Assembly (NCBI RefSeq): GCF_046119375.1
Contig: NW_027362772.1
Coordinates: 75,764,001-75,828,000, forward strand
Reading direction: 5' to 3'
Source: Phyllobates terribilis
Taxonomy: Eukaryota
Length of the DNA stretch: 64,000 bases
Made by a program: the position numbers and the translations under genes. Positions 21,620 through 32,674 of this stretch are shown in pieces. Numbering within the stretch: the stretch's first letter is position 1; every line of letters begins with the position of its first letter. Under the pieces are notes generated by a model that saw only the letters and a program-made list of their open reading frames with translations, was not told the DNA's origin and did no database searches.

Positions 21620-21637
21620 TCCCTGTACTGGCCACTA
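21620..21637 (-). promoter_or_regulatory. primer-binding site of element A, complementary to tRNA-Ile(AAU)
   Basis: Minus strand reads TAGTGGCCAGTACAGGGA, 1 nt after the LTR end. The complement of the vertebrate tRNA-Ile(AAU) 3' end as recalled is TGGTGGCCAGTACGGGGA (2 mismatches). Confidence 0.7.
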
Positions 21638-21638
21638 A

Positions 21639-22428
21639 TGTTACATGCACATGGCCTATGTTCAGATAGGGGCGAGATGAGTTTCATGAATTCTTTGGAA
21701 TCCTGGGGGAACGGTTACTCAGGGAGACCATAGGCTGAAGCTTCTCTCAGGCACACGATAGATTCAATTGCTGACCAGACACATCTGACAAGAGTCTTTT
21801 TTAACAGTTTAACAGTGGAGTTTATTCAAGTACGACCAGTACCATTTAACTCTTTGAAGAAACAGGCTTCACCACAGTACTGTTAAAGTAGGTACAGTAA
21901 TGGCAGTCTCTTCAGTAGCACAGTTCAGCACAGATTAGATCTCTTAGCAGCACACTTCTATGCATACATAACCACAGTCTTTTCCTTCACAAGTACACAA
22001 TAGTACACAGCATTCTTTATCCTGCATGGAGATGAAGGTGGGGAGGGTTTGATGAGGGAGGTTATCCCTGTGACACAATTCCTTCCAGTCCTTATCTTCC
22101 TGCCCAATAATACTCTGCACTGTTCGTTCAGGGAGTTTATCTGACCAGTGTTTAGTTTCTCTCCTAATCTGAATCCTGTTCAATTGCCTTCTGTCAGATA
22201 CAGATAACACACCACCACCTCTCTCTTCGGCTTCAGCCAGACTACAATAACAAGTTCCCCACAATCCCACTGGGCCTTGCTAAAACACTCCCTGTCTCCT
22301 GTGACTGTGTTAACCCCTCTAGTTGCTGAATGCTTCTGAAGCACAACACTTCCTGTCTCCTGTGCTTATATTATTTGTAATAGTTGCTGGATGCTTTTGA
22401 AGCAACAACACTACTTCTGCATGTCACA
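21639..22428 (-). repeat. 5' LTR of Gypsy element A (~790 bp)
   Basis: 11-bp terminal inverted repeats TGTGACATGCA / TGTTACATGCA. AATAAA on the minus strand at ~21821-21826. Directly followed by the PBS. Confidence 0.75.
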
Positions 22429-23690
22429 CTATGAGTCCTGCTTCCTCCACCCACTCATAGAGAAAGCCTGAGAGTCTTGCTTCTTCTACCCACTCATAGA
22501 AAAAGCCTGTGAGTCCTGTTTCTCCCACCCACTCATAGAGAAAGCCTAGGAGTCCTGCTTCTCCTGCCCACTCATAGAGAAAGCCTTTGAGTTCTGCTTT
22601 TCCCACCCACTCATGGAAAAAGCCTGTGAGTCTTGCTTCCCCATCCACTCATACAGAAAGCCAGTAAGTCCTGATTTCCACCACTCACTTATAGATAAAG
22701 CCTCTGAGTCCTGCTTTCCCCATCAACTCATAAAGTAAGCCTGCCAGTCCTACTTTCCACCTCTCTCTCATAGAGAAATCTTTGAGTCCTGCTTTTCCCA
22801 CCCACTCATAGAAAAAGCTTGTGAGTCCTGCTTTTCCCACCCACTCATAGAGAAAACTTGTGAGTCCTGCTTTTCCCACCCACTCATAGAGAAAGCCTGT
22901 GAGTCCTGCTTCCTCTGTCCACTTGTCAATAAAGCCTGTGAGTTTTGCTTTCCCCACCCAGACACACGAAAAGCCTGTGAGTCCTGCTTTCCCCACCCAG
23001 ACACACAGAAAGCCTGTGAGTCCTGCTTTCCCCACCCAGACACACAGAAAGCCTGTGAGTCTTGCTTTCCACAAATGTCTCATAGCTAAAGCCTGCGAAT
23101 CCTAAAGTAAGCCTGAAAGTCCTGCTTACCTCCTCTCTCATAGAAAAAGCCTATGAGTCCTGCTTTTCCCCCACTCACTCATGGAGGTAGTCTGGGAGCC
23201 CTGTTTCTCATACTCACTCATAGAAAAAGCCTGTGAGTCCTGCCTTCCCAGCTCTCATAGAGAAATCCTGTGAGTCCTGCTTCCCCCACCCATTTATAGA
23301 GAAAGCCTGTGAGTCCTGCTTGCCCACCCACCAACACACAGTGATACACTTCTTTTTTGTGTTTGTTATCAGTAATGACTGTCACTCACTGTGTTGCCTG
23401 AGAAAGCAGAACTTACCAACTTTATCTATGATTGGGTGGAGGAAGCAGGGCTCACAGGTTTTTGCTATGAGCGATCAGGGGAAGCAGGACCCACAGGCTT
23501 TCTACATGAATTATCTGGGGGAAGGAAGACTCGCAGGCTTTTACTATCAGTGTGAGGAGGAAGCAAGACTCACAGGCTTTATATCTGAGTAGGCAAGGGA
23601 AGAGGACTTACAAGCTTTCTACATGAGTAGTCAGAGGGATGAAGGTCTCATAGAATTCCTCTATGAGTTAATGGAATAAGCAGGTTTTTC
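22429..23690. repeat. 39-bp minisatellite with an orientation switch
   Basis: Unit GAGAAAGCCTGTGAGTCCTGCTTTTCCCACCCACTCATA forward at 22429-~23335; more degenerate inverted units at ~23425-23690. Confidence 0.9.
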
Positions 23691-24253
23691 CTATCAGTTG
23701 TTTGGAAATACAAAATAATCCAAAACTGAGATAAAAATATATTTGTGCTTTCCTTTTTTATACCAACAATCACATTAGTATGTATTAGACTCAACCACTA
23801 GATCTGAATCCATCAGAAGGAACATAGCTAAGAGACCTTTGACGTAAGGGAGCATTTCTTTTAATGTGAAAATACACCACCATCCTAAGCTGATTACTGT
23901 GCTTTCGCTATTTCAGATCCTATTTTTTTTCTCCGAATGACAAGTTAATGTCTGTGCATTATCAATGGTCTCAGTAATGGCAGAGAAAACATTGGGTCTG
24001 TAATCCCTCACTCATTGGATGTGACAAGGCTGGAGAGCTCGCTGCTTTAGGCTGAAGTATCACCTATTGATTTTTCTCTCTAACTTTATTTATGTACTTT
24101 TTTATTTCTAGAACAGATGGAAATGGCTTTTTGGTTTATTCAAAGGCATTCTCCTTAATGACAGAGTGATATACCATGATGAGCTGCCATCATTAATGGG
24201 TGAGTCGTGATGGGTTGTTCTATGTCCCTGTATTGGGAATACCAGGATGTGCT

Positions 24254-25315
24254 GCTATCTCTTTGTCTTGGATATGTCATGATGGACTGCTATCTCTTTG
24301 TCTTGGGTATGTTATGATGGACTGCTATCTCTTAGTCTTGGGTATGTCATGAGGGACTACTATCTCCTTGTCTTGGATATGTCATGATGGACTACTTTCT
24401 CCTTGTCTTGGGTATGTCATGATGGACTACAATCTCTTAGTATTGGGTATGTCATGATGGACTACAATCTCTTAGAATTGGGTATGTCATGATGGACTAC
24501 AATCTCTTAGTATTGTATTGGGTATGTCATGATGGACTGCTATCTCTTTGTCTTGTGTATGTCATGATGGACTGTTATCTCTTGGTCTTGTGTATGTCAT
24601 GATGGACTACTATCTCTTAGTCTTGGATATGTCATCATGCACTGCTATCTCTTAGTCTTGGGTATATCACGATGGACTGCAATCTCTTTGTCTTTGGTTT
24701 GTCATGATGGACTGCTATCTCTTTGTCTTATGTGTCATGATGGACTGTTATCTCTTTCTTTGTCTTGGGTATGTCATGATGGATTGTTATCTCTTCTAGT
24801 CTTGGGTATATCACGATGGACTGCTATCTCTTTGTCTTTGGTATGTCATGATGGACTGCTATCTCTTTGTCTTGTGTGTCATGATGGACTGCTATCTCTT
24901 TGTCTTGGGTATGTCATGATGGACTGTTATCTAATTGTCTTGGTGTATATCATGATGGACTGGTATCTCTTACTCTTGGGTTTGTCATGAATGACTGCTA
25001 TCTATTAGTCTTGGGTACATGATGATGGACTACTATCCCTTAGTCTTGAGTATGTCATGATGTACTGGTATCTGTTTGTCTTGGGTATATTATGATGTAC
25101 TGGTATCTGTTTGTCTTGGATATGTCATGATGGACTGCTATCTCTTTGTCTTGAGTATGTCATGATGGACTGTTATCTCTTTGTCTTTGGTATGTCATGG
25201 TGGACTGCTATCTCTTTGTCTTGGATATGTTACGATGGACTTCTATCTCTTTGTCTTGGGTATGTCATGATGGAAAGCTATCTCTTTGTCTTGGGTATGT
25301 CATGATGGACTGCTA
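24254..25315. repeat. 35-bp minisatellite (~30 copies)
   Basis: Unit GTCTTGGGTATGTCATGATGGACTGCTATCTCTTT. Confidence 0.95.
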
Positions 25316-26140
25316 AGACAGAAGCTGGAAATCACAATTATCTATGTTTTTCCCAACATAAGGCCAACCTTCCAAACGAGGAACCCTTTTCTATAATGTG
25401 CATATACACTGAATGGACCTCTTAAGATAACCCTTTAAGGGTTTATTCACGCAACATTTAACAAGACTTTTCATGCAAGTTCCATCAAAGAATACACATA
25501 AAAAGTACTTTAAGTTCACTTGTAACAAACTTCCTATTCTCTTGAAGGAGTAACAAGCCTATAATACACATACTGCCTTTTTTCAGAGCATTTAGCACTT
25601 ATCCATCCTGTTTTTATCGCAATTTTTTTGCCATTTTTGCAAGATATTTGCCAATATAACAGTCCAAAAAACACACCCTACCGCTACAGACCATGAATGT
25701 TCACACTGAGTTTTTTAACTGGAAATGGATATGCTTCACAATCCTCCTCAAAGTGTATTCAAAGGGTATTTGCCCATGCGCCACAAATCCACCATAAAAA
25801 TTTAATATAATCCCCAGCAATGTAAGAACAACATTGCTGTGCACACGTTCAGTCTTTTGTTACTTTTTTTACCACTTCAGAGTTTGGAAACCGTGAAGTG
25901 GTTAAAAGAAGTAATATGATCGGTCTGCGGGTGGTGTCATTTGGAAGCTGACCTCTCTTGACAGCCTAAACTATAGGAAAAAAATGCCAGCAGAAAATCC
26001 ACTGCAAAAAGATGGTAAAATCACCAGTGAAGCAGCTTTAGGAAAAAAAACACTGACTTTGCCTAGGAAAACCTAAGAGTGTTTTTTTTATGTGGAAGTT
26101 GAAGCGGATCAGCAGAATACTTTGTATTCACATATTCGTT

Positions 26141-26179
26141 GCCCCCTGATAAAGGCAGGACCAAAACGCGCGTTGGGGC
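26141..26179 (+). ncRNA. decayed type I minimal hammerhead ribozyme motif (Penelope-like element type)
   Basis: GCCCC-CTGATAA-A-GG-cagga-CC-AAAA-CGCGCG-TT-GGGGC: stem I, short stem II and palindromic stem III are present. Core has G8>A and G12>A. Confidence 0.6.
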
Positions 26180-26600
26180 GGACCCGAGGTCTGTGGAGGC
26201 CTCTGCGCTCTCTCTCCCCCCTGCATCCCAGGTATTGAATTTTCAGTATAACTGGCATGACTATGTTCTATATGTCAATGTGACCTTACCTGTGTAGAAT
26301 ATCAGCCCAGACTTATAGATGTGCCTTACAAACCTCTATGACTTATATCATTATGGTAATCTTGTGGCACATTAGTGAGTGCCTGATAGGGGTAATATAC
26401 CCATGTATACTACTACGGATTTATGGTATATGAGAGATGCAAATATATGGTACACTATGTTACCAATATTTTAATGAATTGCAGCTCCACTACCGTGCGT
26501 CTCATGCACACATAGCTACCTGCACGTTTGTACCTCCCCCTCCCCGATTTTCCTGTTGATTATTATCAATAAAGTATTTTTTACTATGGTACAAACTTTG
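26141..26600 (+). mobile_element. probable Penelope-like pseudo-LTR remnant
   Basis: Hammerhead motif followed by ~400 bp of AT-rich sequence ending in AATAAA and T-runs; same layout as 63166-63537. Confidence 0.45.
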
Positions 26601-27644
26601 TGGCCTGTTTGATCATTTTTTTCTGTTTTGCTATAGTCCTAGAAATAATGAAAAATGTATGATCACTGAGGGGACAGATTATTTGAATGGCACAGTACTG
26701 AGCATGTGCGGCCACCACTTCAGACATTGGAGCGGTGGTCGCACATGCTCACTATTGCCCCATTCAAACAAGGAACCTCAAGACTTTTCTCATAATCTGT
26801 GGGGATTTGACTCCCCAGGGATCATATATTTTTCACAATTTCTTGGAATATGCGTTGTTTATGGTAAAACTCCTTTAATTTCTTCACGTACAAAGAAATA
26901 ATTGATGTAGAGAGCTGTGTTCCTTTGGGAACGCAATAGTCAACCCTTCGAAGATTTGTCGGCCCTTACGTTGCGTGTAAACGGTGATACATTAGATTTA
27001 TAACTAATCAGTCACAGAATATGAGGGTCTGGAAGCTTTCACAGTCTCCGAGAGTTTTATTAATAGCTAGCCTTCTAGCACTAACAGAAACTTCTGGAGA
27101 ACATTAACAGGTAATGATAAGAGAGCAAAAACCCAGATCTATAAACCATTAATAATTATTGACATCACACAGTCCTTACTTCTCCCGAGAATGCCAAGGT
27201 ATTTGTCATTGTTATTTGCTATCGGGTTGTATTAATTGAATGTTGACTTTATTTCCTGCCTGTCTCCAGAGGCGCGGACCACTGCGGCTGATGTCTGCTC
27301 ATTAACGATAATTAATTAGAACATTTCTGACACTGACCACAGGACTTGGGATATGCAAAATCACACACTCAAATTTTTGCAGGGTGTGTTCCTACGGGGT
27401 GAACTTAAATGGTCATTGTTGTTTCGACAAACTTTAAGTCAATCAATAGTGCAAGAGAATTGAAGAAAGTTTGTAAAATATCTTATTACAGAAATATGCT
27501 TCTTTCTCCACGTATGAGCCACTTTTTGTTTCTGCACCTCCTGAACTCTGTGCCTCATTCACTCTGAAAAATCTGGTGGGACAAGATAACAGCTTCCTAT
27601 TGAAGTCTAAAAAGGAGGAGCAGAGAGAGACAGAGGCTGAGATT

Positions 27645-29390
27645 TTCAGCAAGTGTTCTTATATGTTACCTCAGAGCTGGATTCACAACTACACTGTTCA
27701 GTACTGCTATATAATGTCCTCCATGCTGCTGCAGTTTTCTAACAAGTGTTTTTGTCTCATTACAGTGCTGGATTCACAGTTACACTTCTCAGTACTGGTA
27801 TATATTGTCCTCCATGCTGCTGCAGTTTTCTAACACGTGTTTTTGTCTCATTCCAGTGCTGGATTCACAGTTAAACTCCTCAGTACTGCTGTGTAGTGTC
27901 CCCCATGCTGCTGCAGTTTTCTAACAAGTGTTTTTGTCTCATTCCAGTACTGGATTCACAGTTACACAGTGCTAGATGCACAGTTACACTGCTCAGTACT
28001 GCTATTTAATGTCCTCCATGCTGCTGCCGTTTTCTAACAAGTGTTTTTGTCTCATTCCAGTGCTGGATTTACAGTTACACTGCTCAGTACTGCAATATAA
28101 TGTCTTCCATGCTGCTGCAGTTTTCTAACAGGTGTTTTTGTCTCATTCCAGTGCTGGATTTACAGTTACTCTGCTCAGTACTGCTATATCATGTCTTCCA
28201 TGCTGCTGCAGTTTTCTAACAAGTGTTTTGGTCTCATTCCAGTACTGGATTCACATTTACACACTGCTAAATGCACAGTTACACTGCTCAGTACTGTTAT
28301 TTAATGTCCTCCAAGCTGCTGCAGTTTTCTAACAAGTGTTTTTGTCTCATTCCAGTGCTGGATTTACAGTTACACTGCTCAGTACTGCTATATAATGTCT
28401 TCCATGCTGCTGCAGTTTTCTAACAGGTGTTTTTGTCTCATTCCAGTGCTGGATTCACAGTTACACTGCTCAGTACTGCTGTGTAATATCCTCCATGCTG
28501 ATGCAGTTTTCTAAGAAGTGTTTTTGTCTCATTCCAGTGCTGGATTCACAGTTACACTGCTCAGTACTGCTAATGTTCTCCATGCTGCTGTAGTTATCTA
28601 ACAAGTGTTTTTGTCTCATATCAGTGCTGGATTCACAGGTACACTGCTCAGTACTGCTGTGTAATGTCCTCCATGCTGATTCAGTTTTCTAACAAGTATT
28701 TTTGTCTCATTCCAGTGCTGGATTCACTGTTACACAGTGCTGCGTTCACAGTTACACTGCTCAGTACTGTTATATAATGTCTTCCAAGGTGCTGCAGTTT
28801 TCTAAAAAGTGTTTTTGTCTCATTCAAGTGCTGGATTCACAGTTACACTGCTCAGTACTGCTATATAATGTCCTCCATGTTACTGAAGTTTTCTAACACA
28901 TGTTTTTGTCTCATTCCAGTGCTAAATTCACAGTTACACTGCTCAGTACTGCTGTGTAATGTCCTCCATGCTGATGCAGTTTTGTAACAAGTGTTTTGTC
29001 TCATTCCAGTGCAGGATTAACAGTTACACAGTGCTGGATTCACAGTTACACTGCTCAGTACTGCTATATAATGTCCTCCATGCTGCTAAAGTTTTCTAAC
29101 AAGTATTTTTGTCTCATATTAGTGCTGGATTCACAGTTACACTGCTCAGTACTTTTGTGTAATGTCCTCCATTCTGATGCAGTTTTCTAACGAGTGTTTT
29201 TGTCTCATTCCAGTGCTGTATTCACAGTTACACTGCTCAGTACTGCTATATAATGTCCTTCATGCTGCTGCAGTTTTCTAATGAGTGTTTTTGTCTCATG
29301 CCAGTGCTGGATTCACAGTTACATAGTGCTGGATTCACAGTTACACTGTTGAGTACTGTTGTGAAATGTCCTCCGTGCTGCTGCTGCTTC
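27645..29390. repeat. 91-bp tandem repeat with occasional 111-bp variants (~18 copies)
   Basis: Unit CTCATTCCAGTGCTGGATTCACAGTTACACTGCTCAGTACTGCTATATAATGTCCTCCATGCTGCTGCAGTTTTCTAACAAGTGTTTTTGT. Variants duplicate a 20-bp internal segment. Confidence 0.95.
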
Positions 29391-29892
29391 TGAATATGTG
29401 CTACATAGAGACAGAACAGGAATCCCTTATGTCTATAGTGTATAGGAGATATCATAGCAGCTCATCTTCACTTACTGCAAATTAGAGGCAGAAGAGGGCA
29501 ACTGGTCAAAAATACAGGCTACAAGTATTGACCAAGAATAGTGTTAATCCTCATGTACATAGCTTACCCTGAAAATTCAACTAGAATGACAGGTATACTT
29601 TAAAGGGAGATTCCACTTTTAAAGTGGAAATTGCCCTTATGAGATACATATACATATATGTATGTTATCAATACACATCTGAGATCTGGAACATTGTTCT
29701 AGTTCATAGTCTTACAAACTGGTGCCAAATATCCCACTTTTCCAGTGATATGTAGCTAAAATGACAGTCTGCAATTCTGTGATTTTATCTTGATAGCTTA
29801 CATTTTTTTTCAATATATATTTTATACTGGTAGTGAAAGTTCTGTTTTTCTTATGCAGAGCTTTATTTATTTTTTTATTAGCCATAAAGGTA

Positions 29893-30325
29893 TAGGGAAC
29901 CCATCTGCTTTTCGCTACATCATCATAGATCAGCACGATGTAGGGATAGAGACGCTGATTCCAGGAATGCATCATTTACTGGGCTGTTTGCTGCAGTTTT
30001 GATAAAATCACTGTTTTTCTGCTGCAGATTTACCAGTTCTCTGAATGCTGAGCTCTGTATAACCCCGCCCACAACAGTGATTGGCCGCTTCCTGCCTATG
30101 CATAGAGTACAAGGAAAGCAGCCAATTAGTGATGGGGGGCGTGGGTAGACTACATGGCAGCAGGTTTTCTAGTCCTCTAGTGATAATCTTCTGCTGATGA
30201 AACAGTGATTTTATCAAAACTACAGGAAGCAGCCCAGTAAGTGACATATCACTGGAATCAGGATCTCTGCCCCTACATTATACAGTTCTCAGATTAGGTG
30301 GCAAAAAACTGGTGACAGATTAGCT
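29893..30325. mobile_element. TTAA-type (T2/Kolobok-like) MITE
   Basis: Right end GTGACAGATTAGCT|TTAA. Internal symmetry and homology to the MITE starting at 30982; left end decayed. Confidence 0.6.
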
Positions 30326-32299
30326 TTAAGGTTTCAAACTTTGTCTTCAGTCACCATTATGGGGAGTTAAAGAGTTGGGACTGGTGTACATTTCTGTCAT
30401 ACTTTAAGCCACTTTTGCGGTGGAAATTATGATGAATTTGTCAGCTGCACTCGGTCCTTACTTCTCCATGTCCAATCTTCAAAAAGTACCCAGAGCTGGT
30501 CGGGACGGGCATAAAAACAACGAAAGTGCTAGATTTCAAGCAGTTGTAACATTAGAAAACTGCAATCGGCCCAACTTGGTTTCCAGTATAATCCATCTCT
30601 AGCATCAGGGACAGCAATAGGGAGGAAGCTGGGAGTGGGTCTTTGTCTGTAAAACTGCATACAGATATAATATAGAGGCAGGCTTTCATTTCAGGACAGG
30701 CTAGCTATTGGACAATAACTGTTACAATGCATGCTGATAAATAAGTGAAAGAAAGTTCCAGCACCTATAGTGCTGTAAGAACACTGATGAAGAGTAACCC
30801 CGCACAGAAAAATCTGAAGAATTAATCAGTACATAAGTATGGACCTAACAACATTGTGGCTTGCGTGATGAGGTGTAAGAGTCTTTAGATGCCCTCTTAG
30901 TCAGCATTGTCAGCCTTGCACTAGCGATAGAGATACTATATAATGTATAAGTGCCAACTGATGACTTCTTCAGTTTCTTAAAGGGAATCTGTCAACAGAT
31001 TTTTGCTGTGTAATCAATCTGACAGCAGCATGATGTAGGGGCAGAGACCCTGATTCCGGTGATGTATCATTTGGTTTTCTGGGTGCAGCAGATGTGATAC
31101 GATCCCTGTTTTCTCTGCTGCAGATCTAGCAGAGCTCTGAATGCTGAGCTGTGTATAACCCCGCCCACATCACTGATTGGCTGCTTTCTGTGTGTACACT
31201 GTATAGTGACAGAAAGCTGCTAATCAGTACTGGGAGCGTGGTTGGACTAGCAGGCACGAAACACCCAGTCCTGTAGTGATAATCTCCTGCTGATAAAACA
31301 CTGATTTTATTGAAAAAGCAAAACACAACCTGGTAAGTGACATATAGCTGGAATCAGGGTCTCTGACTCTACATCATACTGCTGTGAGATAACACTCTTG
31401 TGGGCAGTGTTATACAGAGCTCAGTATTCAGAGAACTGGTAAATCTGCAGCAGAAAAACAGTGATTTTATCAAAACTGCAGCAAGCAGCCCAGTAAGTAA
31501 TACATTGGTGGAATCAGGGACTCTGTCCCTACATCGTGCTGATCTATGATGATGTAGCAAAAAGCAGATGACAGATTCCCTATCCCTTTATGGCTAATCA
31601 AAAAAAATAAAGCTCTGCATAAGAAAAACAGAACTTTCACTACCAGTATAAAATACAGTGGTGGCCAAAAGTATTGGCACCCCTGCAATTCTGTCAGATA
31701 ATACTCAGTTTCTTCCTGAAAATGATTGCAATCACAAATTCTTTGGTATTATTATCTTCATTTAATTTGTCTTCAATGAAAAAACACAAAAAGAATTGTC
31801 CTAAATAGTGTTGAGCCACCCCCGTAGTGTTCGAGTTCGGTTCGGTTCGTCGAACACCCGTGTGTTCGTCGAACTGTTCGTCGAACACCTTCGAACACCG
31901 TTAAAACCAATGGCAGGCAAACAAAAACACATAGAAACACATAGAAAACACCTTCAAAGGTGTCCAAAAGCTGACAAACTGCTCTGAAGACACAACTAAC
32001 ACATGGAAAAGTGACAAGTACATATAGTCATGCGAAAAGAAAAGAGGTGGAGGAGTAAAAGGAGGGGGAGACACAGATATAGGCATGTCATGCCCTTCTA
32101 AAATCCAAAAAGTGAGAAGCCGACACGTTCAGTCCGCTCCTGCCCGTGCCACCTCCGTGTCGCCGGGTTTGTGCCAGAGCCGCAGTGAACCCTGACGGCC
32201 AGCCCCCCTCTCCCAATACTGGTGCCTGTCCGCTGGTGGGTCGAGCAAGCCCCCCTGTGGTGGAGGCAGCTCTAAGCTTTTTAATTTAAATTGTCTCTC

Positions 32300-32571
32300 T
32301 AATTTGAATAAATACACTTTAAATCCATTTACAAGGATCTATTGGAGGGCAAGTCTCATGCCAGCAGCCGCGTAATTCCAGCTCCAGTAGCGTCCACTAA
32401 AGCTGCTGCAGTTAAAAAGCTTTTATAAGGATCGAGCTCGGCTGTCCACCGCAAGGCATCCTACTGCCAGTCCCAGCCCCTATGCCTTGGGGTGCCTCCT
32501 GATGCTCTTCACTGAGTATCCCGTGGTCCCGAAGCATTTCCTTTGAAAAAATTAAGTGTCCAAACTACAGG
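32300..32571 (+). pseudogene. degenerate 18S rRNA fragment (530-loop to V4 region)
   Basis: TACACTTTAAATCC...GGATCTATTGGAGGGCAAGTC..TGCCAGCAGCCGCG-TAATTCCAGCTCC...GCTGCAGTTAAAAAGCT...GATGCTCTT.ACTGAGT.TCCCG...CCCGAAGC.TTT.CTTTGAAAAAATTA matches conserved 18S sequence from memory, with many substitutions and small indels. Confidence 0.9.
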
Positions 32572-32674
32572 TGGTGTAGCTTGCTTAACAGCCGGGATAA
32601 TCCGCTGACTCGCAGACACTGCTACTAGGCACAAAGTATTTCCTGGGCTAGATGCAGTTAAAAATTTGTAATTA

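Larger units (their letters stand above)
5262..22428 (-). mobile_element. decayed Ty3/Gypsy LTR retrotransposon (element A), host of three nested insertions; 3' part and 3' LTR missing
   Basis: Minus-strand order: LTR, PBS, gag, zinc knuckle, protease, RT, integrase core. The gag pieces rejoin in frame when the nested elements are removed. Confidence 0.85.

Noticed and set aside
23870-24210. TAAT-rich unique segments (also ~27040-27320) as conserved enhancers
   Set aside because: Composition alone is not evidence; cross-species alignment is required.
25560-25720. Possible minus-strand GIY-YIG remnant (..CYIGK..)
   Set aside because: A single short motif in a stop-rich frame; not supportable without an HMM search.
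32106-32280. GC-rich stretch next to the 18S fragment as 28S/ITS/ETS rDNA
   Set aside because: No conserved rRNA motif could be matched from memory on either strand; needs BLASTN against the species' 45S unit.
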